A DNA stretch of 63,305 nt, filler included, from Licmophora abbreviata (lineage: Eukaryota), in the NCBI GenBank assembly GCA_900291995.1. It is 14 parts of 14 records of this genome, joined end to end, with 100 filler letters (N's around TTAATTAATTAA, not from the genome) between each part and the next. Parts side by side here need not be neighbours in the genome. Positions count along the whole stretch, not along the records: positions 29,262 to 40,968 come from OLMU01004145.1; positions 41,069 to 44,231 come from OLMU01004148.1; 12 more parts are not named here. The stretch is one strand, 5' to 3'. Of the stretch, positions 31,014 to 42,248 are shown in pieces (position 1 is the first letter of the stretch; each line of letters begins with the position of its first letter). The notes under the pieces are model-generated. The model saw only the letters and a list, made by a program, of their open reading frames with translations, made no database searches and was not told where the DNA came from. A program made the position numbers and the translations under genes.

Positions 31014-32659
31014 CTAGCTTATTTTTGTCGAAGCAAACAAGCTGGACCAGTTTGGATCGACGAGTACCTTCGCCGTATCGATACCGCAGTGCTTGCCTTT
31101 CCGCTTATTTTCGAAGAAACTGTCATCCATTGTACTAGTTGCATTGACCGGCATTGCATCGGCCAACTTCGTAGAGAGCCTGTGAAGTCCTCCCTCTTGC
31201 TCTGGAGAAAGACACTTTCGCGGGAGTGTGTAGTTCGCCTTCAGAGACTTTGTAACAAAGTCCTTGCAGATTCTTCGGGCTCCCTTTCGACTCACATCCG
31301 GTGGGAAGAGGTCGGCTTTGTGAGCCGCGACGGCGATTAAGTCGCAGTCGAGTTCCACCTGCCAACGAGCGCCCTCGTTGGCGTGTACGTCCAGCTCCTT
31401 TGCTTTGCTGCAAGCCAGCGTTGCGCCAGGCAGCGAGCAAACAAATCTGGTTGGGAGCTCCCCATCATGCAAGTTTAGAACGGAAACATGTTCGAACAAT
31501 TCCAAGTACACATGGTAGACACTCAATGAAGTTTTCCAACCACTCGAATGTGGAGAGGTGGGCCGATTAAAATCAGCGTCGTAGGCATCCGGAAAGCTCG
31601 GCATCTCGGGGCCTCCAAGCTCTGGCCATTCGCTCCCTACAAAGAGAACTCGCTGTCGAAACCCAGCACCGTAACTGCTAACAATCCAGTCATGAAAGTG
31701 TCGGTAATGTACACTGACGTGTACATCCCACTGTTCCGTAAGCGAAAGGAACCTCTCCCGGTTGCGACGTGTAGACATGGAAACGCTATCCAACAGCTCA
31801 TGCGAAAAGATAACAGAATGGTTGTGCGCGTGATGCTGATTCAAGACTTCCAGAAAGGCGTCCCAGTGCTTTTCATTGCAGTCTTTGACATTTTCTTCGT
31901 CATCATCGCTGTTGCCGCTTTCTACTAGGCACTCTTTTCCCATTGCAACAGCTTGAGCAGTATCAAAGACTGGAAGCTCGCCGCCACCAGCATCAAGATT
32001 GTGAGACCTAGGAGTGTCTTGAACGTGAATTCCAATGTACGAGAAATTGGCAGCGTTTAGCTCCGGCTGTGCAGAATTGAAAGCAGTGTATATACAGTAG
32101 AACCGAAGAGACAACATTAGACGTTTTTTCGTTCTGATGGCATGAACAGAAGTCTGTTGTTGTGAAGTCCATCGAAGCTTACCTGAAGTTTTGCCAGCGT
32201 CATTTGTAGCGTTGTCGTGGCGTGTTTATGAGGACCAACGTTCAAGTAAAGCCTGGGCTTATGGTAGTCTTGTTGTTCTTGTTCTTGTTGCTGCTGTTGT
32301 TGTTGTTGTTCTCGTCGTTGACGAAGAATATCGGAAACTGCATCTGCATGGAGAGACAAGGTCTCGTATAGAGTCAGCTCTGTCTCGTCCTTCGTGGTAC
32401 TAGCAACCAGGGCAATTTCCCCATCACCAGTGTCCTCATTACTGCTGCGGAGGCTGCTATGACTGATGGCACTAGTAGTAGAAGAAGTAGAAGTAGTTTT
32501 TGTGTTGCCCATCCACAGGAAGAAGAAGCTGAACTCCGACCCGAACGACACTACTAGTAGGAATGGCAGCAAGGCACCTGCCAACAAGAGAAGTGCTACT
32601 AGCAGTGCACCTCTCGTGGTGCGACGGCGGAAGAGGTCATGAACATCGCGAGAGTTCAT
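31014..32659 (-). CDS. Type II membrane protein with sulfotransferase-like P-loop (GPHK-x-TTTLQ family)
   Basis: TM near the N-terminus, then LYLNVGPHKHATTTLQ, VIFSHELLD and VHYRHFHDWIVSSY. Intron 32067..32182 joins the two track ORFs in frame. Confidence 0.75.
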
Positions 32660-33083
32660 CGTCGTCGTCAAGAAGAAAAAGAAGTGTGTGTGTGTGTGTG
32701 TGTGATGGCTGTTGTGACTAGTCTAGCTATGATACTTGCCGCGGCAAAGGACTCACTCTCTTCAGGTTGCAGTAGAGCGGTTGTGTGTATTGCTTTGCAA
32801 CCATTGCATGTTTTGTAGAACAGAGTTGTGGTTGGTCATTATGGGGGCACATCGCCGCGTCGTGTGTGTATAAATGTGAAGCTTGTCCCTTTTTCAATTT
32901 TTGATTTTGGGCGCGCCAAATGCGAGGTATGGTGGTAGGTAAAGTAGTTTCCTAGCGCGCCGTATTCGCGAGGTATTCCTGCGAGGTATCTCAGATGCGG
33001 TCATTTTCACACACAGCATGACGACGACGGTGCTCATGATACAGCCTTGAGTCAGTCTCGTCGTTCGTCTCTCGTTCTATGTC

Positions 33084-35604
33084 ATGTGGAACAATCTTGT
33101 ATCGTCGGATGCTAGCAAGAGTCTGACGGGAGCTCTGGAACGAGCCGGAGAAGCCATTACCAAGGGAGCTACGCAGGCGGCCAAGCCTAAGACTACTACT
33201 GCTACTGATGCTAGTAGCAGTACTAGTACTACCAAGACGACATCCGCAGACCCAACGACGACGCCTCATTTGGATGTAGAGCTTACGCCGCACGCGGAGG
33301 CATCTTCTACTCCTTCCAAACCTCTATTCTCGTCACATCGACTCCAGAAAGGATGGGGGAGCATGATGGAAGCTACGAAACATGCTGTAGAGCACGCCCG
33401 GGAAGCCGTCGAAAAGGAACAATCACGACTCATGAGTACAGTGAATGCCAATACGTCTGCGAATTCAGCACCGCGTCTTCGACAAGTCACACTGCCTCTC
33501 GACAAGGAGGCACTCCGAGATGCCGAAGTCGTCTATATTACCGATCGGATCATTAGCATGGGTCACCCGGCATTGCAGTCCCAGTACGACGGTGACATCA
33601 CTCCCAATCGTAAACTCAGCGCCGTCGCTCACTTGTTGGAAAAGAGACATGCCAACAAGTATATGGTTTGGAATCTCAGTGAAGTCGAGTACGACACGAC
33701 CTTGTTCCACGATCAAGTCTTATTCTTTTCCTTTCCCGGCTCACCCTCCCCTCCACTGGGACTGTGGTTGAAACTCATTCTCAGTATGGAATCCTGGCTC
33801 AAGGCGGACGCGGAGAACGTGGCGATCGTCCACTGTCTTACAGGCAAGGGACGGACCAGCAGCGTGCTGGCGGCGTTCTTGTGTTGGATGGGCGAGGCGG
33901 GCTTTACCAACGTACCGGCGGCGCTCGAATACATTGCACGGTGCAAACAAATGGACGACAAACATGAGCAATTGACGATTCCATCGCAGCGACGGTACAT
34001 TCAATACTTTCAAAACATGCTGGATGGAGTCAGGCCCAGTCAACCGCCATTGTTGCTAAAGAGAATTATTATGAGTGAAGCGCCAAAAGTGAGTTTCGAT
34101 TTATTATAGTATACAACATGGGAGCATCGCTACAAGCATTGGGTTGTTCGTTCTCACCCGCCGACCTGTCTTTTGTTCCTCTCCAGTTTGCCAAGGGCCC
34201 ACCTCGTAATACCAGCGATGCCCACAAATCATCTGACACAGATTCATCGCTCATGGGCTGCGCTCCCTACCTTCAAATCTTCAAGGCCGGTCAGTTGATC
34301 TTTACCACCGCCGCCACGCTCCGCGCCCACCAAGACCCGGAAGAGTTGCCCTTTTGTCATGTCGCCGATGGTAGTATCTCCTTTCACGTCGAGTGTGTCG
34401 TACAGGGCGACATACTCTTGCGATGTCGTCATTTGACATCGCATGGGCAGCGCGTGAGTATGTTCCGAGCAGCCTTCCATACGGGCTATGTGCCGCCGAA
34501 GGTGATGCGATTGACCAAGGTGCAGTTGGATGGGGCGTGCAGTGATGATCGATTCGGTGACGAATTTTTCGTGGATGTCATTTTCGAACCGTGCGAGGCT
34601 GAAATGGCCAGCAAGCATTTGAGTGGTAAAACAGAAGACAACAAGAATCCTAGCTACACAGCGGCGGCGGGATTGGAGGGAAATTCAGAACATTCCCGAA
34701 ACGAAGCAGCGGAACGACGCTCCGGAGGAACCATGTCGGGTGCAGCAGATCATTCGTCTACCCCTCGGCGTCGTCAGTCACTCGGTGGAGGTGCGACCGT
34801 GACGGCATCTGCCTACGATAGCATGTTGCATCGCGACTCACGCTTTTGGGATGTGATTGCTGCGAGACGTCAAGAACATGTTGTGACGAACCAAGAGCGG
34901 GATGATAACACTAGTGATGGCGCCGACGTAGATCCCATGTGGGGACCGACGATTGGACGGAGACGAGAATTGGAAGACAAGCAATCGAAAGAACAACAAG
35001 CACAGGAAGAGTCCACGCAGAGCACGCCAGATCATCGGCGTCCCATGGAAGCCCAGTTTAGTATTGGTGGCGAGTTGGACTTTTTCAGTGCTGTAACAGA
35101 TGCCAAGGATACAAACACTCCAGCAGCAGTCGAATCATCACTACTGTCGCCGCAAGCTCCCATGCGCGATGAACTCATGGAGGCGTTGAATGCGTTGGAC
35201 GATGATGCAGTATCGCCGGTGGCCGCTCATCGTCCGTCAATAAGTACAGAAGTAGAGGAGATTGTCTTTGAAGACCCCGAGACGCACGAGACGAAATCTC
35301 CACTGATGAAAGCATCTAAGGACGCGGTAGCCGCATCAGAACGGATTCCTGACGAGAGCAACACAGCGCCTGCTGAACAAGCTACCGAAGAAAGCCTGAA
35401 CGACCGAAAGTCGACGACGACGAGGCAGCAGTCGTATTGGAGGATGCAGACTTTTTGTTAACCGGAGACGTGGATGCATTGTTGGCCTCGGCTGCTGCCG
35501 ACGACGAGCTTCCCGACGATGACATGGACCTGGGCGACTTTGACTTTGATGACGACGATGATGAATTGGCGGATCTCGAGAACTTTCTGTCCAAGGCCAA
35601 GTAG
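33084..35604 (+). CDS. PTEN/tensin-type phosphatase with C2 domain and acidic tail
   Basis: VYITDRIISMG, YMVWNLSE, IVHCLTGKGRT (CX5R), TIPSQRRYIQYF, and C2 motif MFRAAFHTGY. Intron 34089..34186. A frameshift near 35392 extends the frame to the stop at 35604. Confidence 0.9.
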
Positions 35605-35694
35605 ATGGATGCTTAGCTTGTGTTTTAGACCATTCTCAGTAGTAATAGGTGATACTCTCTCTAGCTTCAAAATCTGTGTTACAGTAAGCAATTG

Positions 35695-36750
35695 TTATCT
35701 TGCCTTTTCTAGTCCTACGAGTGGGAATCCGAGGCGCCGCCGGGCCTCTCGTATCTCATCCCCATGTCGTAACATGACTGTTTGTCTGAGCTTGATCTTT
35801 TCTTCTACCTTGCTAATGTGCTTATGTCCTTCCTCCCGCGTCGCCGGGGGGACATAGCAACACTGCTGCAGAACGTGCCAAGACAAATGGTGCCCCCTAC
35901 CCAGCCACTTTTCCAATGCATAGATCGTGGCTCGAAATGGAAATTCCTCCCGTACTTGTTCCATGCGAACCGTAAAGGCATCCGCTCGGATTTGGGGTTG
36001 TTGTAAAAAGTCATACATGGTAATCATTTGCCCAATCACCTTTGTCATGGACCTCTGAAACTCCAGTTCCACACCTTCGTCGATGCTTGCATTGCGTAAA
36101 CTTTCTTGATATCCAGACCTTCGCAACCATTTCTCGGTACTCACAAGATGGTACTGATAGCCGGATACGATGGTCTCGAGAGGATCTCGGATAAAGTGAA
36201 CAAAGGGCGTGTGGTTGACATACTGACTGGGGTTGGCCTTCTTTCGAAAGCCTGCGGGTTTGTACTTGACACTTCCCTCACGGTATCCGATGCGTTGTAT
36301 TTGCAAGCGATCTTTGGGATCGGGACACATGGCTCGTAGGATCTGCAGTGACAGCGTATGTCCCGTCTTGTGGTGCGAGGAAAAGACAAAGGAGTTGCAA
36401 CCGGAGGATGGAGAGTTGTGTACGGGAACCCTGGATTCTGCAATGCAGTCGACGTACTGTTGATGGAAGGGACAATGTGTGTTTTGAAAGAGTGTTTGCG
36501 TATCCAATGATGATAGTGACGACGATGTGTGATTGGTGTAGACGCTTTGGAACCACTCGTCGTTGCCATGAGTCTTTCTGTAAGGCAGAAGGATGGATGC
36601 AAGTGGTCTCATCGGCCGAAGGCTACTCACGACGATGAGACTCGTCAGCACGATGATTACTGCGACGACGACATGCCAGCGGCGATGAGTGTGTCGATGC
36701 TGCTGGTGTTGGTCTTCTTGGATCATCGTTCTCGTCGTCGTCGTCGTCAT
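35695..36750 (-). CDS. Sulfotransferase-like type II membrane protein, paralog C (inverted)
   Basis: Shares GCNSFVFSSHHKTGHTLSLQILR and PFVHFIRDPLET.VS.YQYHLVS with paralogs A and B. Confidence 0.82.
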   Translation of the reverse strand: MTTTTTRTMIQEDQHQQHRHTHRRWHVVVAVIIVLTSLIVVSSLRPMRPLASILLPYRKTHGNDEWFQSVYTNHTSSSLSSLDTQTLFQNTHCPFHQQYVDCIAESRVPVHNSPSSGCNSFVFSSHHKTGHTLSLQILRAMCPDPKDRLQIQRIGYREGSVKYKPAGFRKKANPSQYVNHTPFVHFIRDPLETIVSGYQYHLVSTEKWLRRSGYQESLRNASIDEGVELEFQRSMTKVIGQMITMYDFLQQPQIRADAFTVRMEQVREEFPFRATIYALEKWLGRGHHLSWHVLQQCCYVPPATREEGHKHISKVEEKIKLRQTVMLRHGDEIREARRRLGFPLVGLEKAR

Positions 36751-37197
36751 TGTCAGGAGTTTTGTGTGCTTTTCGCCGTACAAGGTTCGATCGTATCACT
36801 GCAATCCATCCAGACAGATGGGCTCATCTTCGTAGGAAAGCGTAGGAATCACACACAACCAGGTCTTCTCTCTCTCTCTCTTACTATAGTGCCGTACCGT
36901 ATGGCAGTCTTGCAATAGGAATAGATGACGATGACGTGAGGCCGCCGCAATCTGCCATCGCGGCTCGTCGTCGTCGCATCAAATTTGGAATTGAGAAAAT
37001 TCCAAAATTCAAAATTCAAGGCACATTGTGTTTGCGACAGCGGACAGACGTCGACAATAAGAGGATGACACGACTTTTTGAACGAGATGCTGTGAAAAAG
37101 ACGAGACATCAACACGGATCTGTTCGTCCTATGTTCATCATTACTCTCTCTCTCTCCGAACCCGCCTCCGCGCGAAAGACTTCCTCCTTCACCAATC

Positions 37198-37929
37198 ATG
37201 TCGTCGTCTGCCTCCTCTGCTCCTACTAAAAAGTCCTGCTCCGCCACGAACGTCCTCTTGTTTGTCCCCAACTTGATTGGCTACGCCCGCGTCGCTTGCA
37301 CTCTGACCAGTTTCCTCCTCATGACACTGTCTCCTCCTGGTGACAAAGGCCACCTCGCCATCACTCTCTACCTACTCAGTTTCGTCGGTGATCTCTTCGA
37401 CGGCATGGCCGCACGGAAGTTTCATCAAAGCAGTACCTACGGAGCACTCCTCGATATGGTCACGGACCGATGCAGTACCTTGGGACTCCTTTACGTCTTG
37501 GGAGGAGAGTATACGAGTCACGATGAAGAAATGGGACTTCCAGTCTACCGTACTACCTTTTTACTTCTCATCCTACTCGACATTGCATCGCACTGGTGTC
37601 AAATGTATGCCACCCTGGCGACTACTAGTACTTCTTCTACTACTACGGCACATCACAAGAGCGCTGCGAGCAATCAGAATCGCAACATTTTGGTGCGCTG
37701 CTACTATCAGTATTATTACTTTTTCGGATATCTCTGTGTTGGGGCTGAATGTGCCTATGTCTGTTTGTATCTTTTGAAACAACAAGAAAATACAATCGTC
37801 TTGTATCTGTTGTATGCATGTCTGCCGGGATGTGTTTTGAAACAAGTAGTCAATGTAATGCAACTGGCGTCGGCATGCTATGCCGTGGCAGAGTTCGATG
37901 CAGCGAACAGGAGAAAGCAGCAAGAGTAA
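37198..37929 (+). CDS. PIS1: Phosphatidylinositol synthase (CDP-DAG:inositol 3-phosphatidyltransferase)
   Basis: VLLFVPNLIGYARV, CDP-alcohol phosphotransferase motif DLFDGMAARKFHQSSTYGALLDMVTDR, LDIASHW, and KQVVNVMQL. Confidence 0.93.
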   Translation: MSSSASSAPTKKSCSATNVLLFVPNLIGYARVACTLTSFLLMTLSPPGDKGHLAITLYLLSFVGDLFDGMAARKFHQSSTYGALLDMVTDRCSTLGLLYVLGGEYTSHDEEMGLPVYRTTFLLLILLDIASHWCQMYATLATTSTSSTTTAHHKSAASNQNRNILVRCYYQYYYFFGYLCVGAECAYVCLYLLKQQENTIVLYLLYACLPGCVLKQVVNVMQLASACYAVAEFDAANRRKQQE

Positions 37930-38028
37930 CATGTACCACTACTAATACTACTACTTGAATGAATGCACTGACCCTACTGCTGCAGTACTAGCAATATTAT
38001 CGCAGTAGGGAACTCTCTCTCTCTTTTG

Positions 38029-40282
38029 TCACTTTCGCAGTGCACCAAAAATATCGCCCACATTCGGTCCTTTCGGTTTGCGATTCATGAAAAAGTCCTT
38101 GACGGACTCTTCAAAGTCCGTCGCGTCCACACGAGTATTCTTGACGCTCGTCGGATCCTCTCGCAGTTTGGCGCTGACGCGACGGACGGCCCGAATGGCG
38201 GCTTCGTTCACAATGAACTCCAATTCGGCACCCGACAGGCCGGGAGTGACGGCGGCGACGGCGCTCAAGTCCACGGCGGGGCCGATGCCGAGGCTACAAA
38301 GGAGAACGAGGAAAGAACAAGGTTTGTGAGAAGTTTAGATGCACATCCTATACACACACACACAACATATAATAGTCATAGTATGCTGTTTCCATTCATG
38401 CGTACCTTCCCATTCGTTTGTCATCCACACCGCTGCCTTCCTGGAATCCTGGTAGTTTCTTGGCATGCACACGCAGTATCCGTTCTCGTCCACTCGCATT
38501 GGGGAGTTCCAACTTGACGATGCGGTCGAACCGTCCCGGTCGCACGAGGGCTTGATCCAAGACTTCTCTCCGATTCGTTGCGGCCATGACGCAGATGCGA
38601 CGGGATGAGTCCAGACCGTCCATGCAGGCCAAGAGCTGGTTGAGCGTTTGTTCGGCTTCGTCGTTCGATCTCCCCATGTTGGCCATGTAACCAGTATCGC
38701 GGGATTTTCCCAGTGCGTCCTGCAAGTATGTTGTAATGCACACCAATGATGCAAAACGAGGTGAGACATGAGTTTCAAGACATACACATGTCATATCGAT
38801 GGGAACAAGAAAGTCGCATTCATGGTGTCGCTTCATTCGTCCTGTGTAGCTACGTACCAGCTCATCAATAAAGATGATACAGGGGGCCAGTTTGGTGGCC
38901 TTTTCAAAGGTCTTGCGCACGCGAGCGGCACCTCTGCCCACAAACATTTCGACAAAATCTGAGCCACTGCAGTAGAGCAGGGGAACTCCTGCCGTGGCAG
39001 CTGTAGCTCGAGCCAACATGGTCTTGCCCGTGCCTGTGTGCAATGATGCACGTAAGAGGTAAGAATGTGAGTGCATGTTTCGTGTGGGAGCGGAGTACAC
39101 TACTAGACAAGCAACGAGAACAGCGCATAGACAACGTGCCTGGCGGTCCCTCCATCAAGAGTCCAGTCGGTGCTCGAGCTCCCAAGATGGCGTACTTGTT
39201 CGGATTCCGTAGGGTGTCGACCAATTCCATGACTTCGTACTTGGCATTGTCTATCCCTTCAATTTCCTATATAGTAGTGTCAAGCATTGATAGTTTGATT
39301 CAGTGAGCACGAGCGACTGTGTGTCGTACATTGTGTCTCCCACAAATGACGGTATAATTGTTTCATTGTAGACCCCACAACGAGCGAAACGTACATCGAA
39401 ACTGGCCAGCGGCAAATCACCGGCCTTCGCTAGCTTCCCCGGCGCCCCTCCACCACCACCTCCCCCACTCATCGTTCTATACATGCGCAATAGTATAAGT
39501 CCATAGAATGCCAGAAGAAAGCTCCGTATCGTCACCGACAAGACGTTGGCCTTGTTGGGCGCGGCCGAAAAGCGCACCTGGTTGTCCCTCAGGTACTGCA
39601 CGAGTTCCGGCGACGCGGGGACTTTTCTGGTATACGCCGATCGCTGCGGTATACTAACGGCAGGTTTCTTGCCTTCCAGTGCTTCTGTCAGTGCCTGACG
39701 TTGATCGTCATTGTCCAATCGAAAAATTCGATAGCCAATGCGGTCTGCCCCGACCTGGACATTGGCAATCTGGACGTCATCCTTTTCCTTGCCCTCGACA
39801 AAATCTAAAAAGGTGCTGTAAGGTATTTCCACTGGAGCGTTGGCTCGTAAAGGAGGACTTTGATCTACGATGCGCTTGACACTGATACCTGCCACGAGGG
39901 AGAATACGGCGAGCTGCGTCAAGACGAGCATCTTGGCCTTGCGGGGGAGTGCCGAGAAGCGGGCCCCGAATCTAGTCCAGTAGGCAACAAAGCGCGACCA
40001 AGCCCTTCGAACCAAGATGAGCGGATTCTTTCGAGGTCTCTTGGAGTCATCATTGTTGATTGTATCATCGTTGGAAGACTGGTGGAGTCGCAGTAAGCGG
40101 TATGACTGTGGCGGGGGGAAACGCGCACTCAGTGATGGAGTCAGTAACAACGTTCTCCCGGGTGATGCCGCAGGTACTCCTAAGCTTCTTGGGGAGGTCG
40201 TCGAGAAGGCCTCGGCTCTGTGAAAGCTTATCAGCTGTATCAGAAGAAGCACTGGGATCACTAGGTAGCGTCTTGTCATCAT
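38029..40282 (-). CDS. Plastid-targeted FtsH-like AAA ATPase lacking the M41 protease domain (FtsHi-like)
   Basis: Signal peptide ending AEA|F plus transit peptide, two TMs, [48 protein letters not shown]. Several introns. Stops soon after the AAA lid with no HEXXH. Confidence 0.88.
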
Positions 40283-40581
40283 CGTGTTCTCTTGTCTCGA
40301 GTGAAGCACTGGAACGCAGCCGAACCAGCTCATCGTCGTCAACAGTCATGGTCAACATCATCACACACACTCGCTTTTTCTGATGACAGCTGGAGGCGCG
40401 CGAACCTCACCCCACAGCGCGCGATGGAGAGCGACGGACAGGACGTTTACAGAAATTGGAGGTGTGATGGACGGACGAGGGGGTTGTATAACCGGCACGC
40501 CTACAAAGCTCATTCATATCATACGAAAAGTGTACACACATTACGATCATTTACTGGAAGTAAGAGCCTCTGGTGTCCCTC

Positions 40582-41289
40582 CTACCTTGCTGACGGCGGA
40601 CTCAAAACTTCTTCGACAACGTAAAAGACTCCATTTTCAACGAGCGTGACGCTTGCCAGCTCGGCACCGTTGATGAAAAACCTAGGTTCCGGTACCGTCG
40701 TGGTTGTAAATGTCAAACTATCGCCATTCAGTGTCTCCAATTGCTCGCCGTCTTCAAAAGCGACAAATACAGCATTGCCGTCCAATACATGATACAAAAG
40801 AATATTCGTCACAGCGTCAATGTCTTCGTCAGCAATAACGGTGCTGGAGGTGAAGTTGAGGGCAGCAAAGGCATCGTTGGTCGGTGCAAACAGTGTCAAG
40901 GGATCCTCGCCGCCTAACGCTTCGTCAAGTCCTGTTTGCTGCAGTAGACTAAGCAACGTCGAGAAGACNNNNNNNNNNNNNNNNNNNNNNNNNNNNNNNN
41001 NNNNNNNNNNNNTTAATTAATTAANNNNNNNNNNNNNNNNNNNNNNNNNNNNNNNNNNNNNNNNNNNNATCGACATTGACATGGACATTGACATGGATTT
41101 GTCCCCTCTCAGGTAACGGTCCCAGAACGCGATGTCCTCTGAGAACAGAAAGAGTTCGCGGTCGTTCCCGGAAGACTGTTTCGCATTCTCATTGTTGATG
41201 TTGATATCGTCAACGCGGAACACTTCTCGCACGGCACTCGCCACCGACACGCCCGTAGCCAACAGCAAAAGGGAAGCCTTGGCCTTCAT
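40582..41289 (-). CDS. Secreted fasciclin (FAS1) protein with RXL pro-region and SMSMSM tract, interrupted by gap
   Basis: 41069..41289 encodes a signal peptide, REL, RYL and SMSMSMSMS. 40582..40968 encodes FAS1 (TLFAPTNDAF, ILLYHVL, NGVFYVVEEVL). Joining across the linker is inferred. Confidence 0.75.
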
Positions 41290-42248
41290 TGCAGCTTCAA
41301 TACGGCTTTCGGAAGTATTTTGTCGTCGATACTGAGTTCACAGCAGAGGTTCCCCTCACAAAAGAGGCGCTCATGCGGGTGAGGCGCGCCACAGGAAAAT
41401 CTTTTTGTCGAAGAGCACATGGAAGAAAGGCGCACACGCTTCCATTCCATAAGTGTACACGTGAAGCTCATGTTTTGCATAAATAGTAGTATCGCATCAA
41501 CGTCTAATTACGCTGAGTAGGCTCGCATCGATCAACTCATTATTTATCAGAATGAAGACTGTAGATTTCAAACGCACCTTCCCGCCAATTTTGTGGATCC
41601 ACAAAAATTTGGTGGGCAACACAGTCGCACGACCTCCAATAGTTCCTCGAAACGTTTCGCGTGTTTGTTCTATCGCATTTTTCTCTCTGCAAGGCCGGTT
41701 TTGAACATGTTTTGTGAACGCAAGCGCCTCCTCGTGGTCTAGACCAGTAGGTTTATGTCTGAGTGGCAGATTGACTTCGACTTGATTAAACTCGGAAACT
41801 GGTGACTTACGCCGGACAGACCCTGGAGAGACTGTGAAGATTGCTTAGAGTTCGAGCACAGAAATAGCCGTAACTTGGTAGGTGTACGAGTAAAGATGTA
41901 AACTGAGACTTTGTTGAGACTTTTGGATCGTGAACCATCCTCACAACCTGAGTGCTGTTGCAAATTATCTATCCAGAGAAACTGACCTTGCGGTGAGAAA
42001 ATGTGCTCGAATGCAGACATATTGACAACGAAAGGTTTGGAGAGGTTCTCTCTAGAGCTCGCGACTGTGTAGCCGACCTAAATCTTGGTTGGATCGGCAG
42101 GCTTGGAGACTAAACAGCCCCTTCTTACATGACTCTCTGATGGCATAGTTGACTAATTGTAGATCCAAACATTGACGTTTTTAAAATATTAGAGGTACGT
42201 ATTCGACTCGCATTATACATGAATTTCAACAAGAGAGTAAGCCTGAGG

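Noticed and set aside
3658..32704. Microsatellites (GTT)n ~3660, (GAT)n ~15855, (CAT)n ~30365, (GT)n ~32685
   Set aside because: Ordinary simple repeats (polyQ, UTR, intron, promoter).
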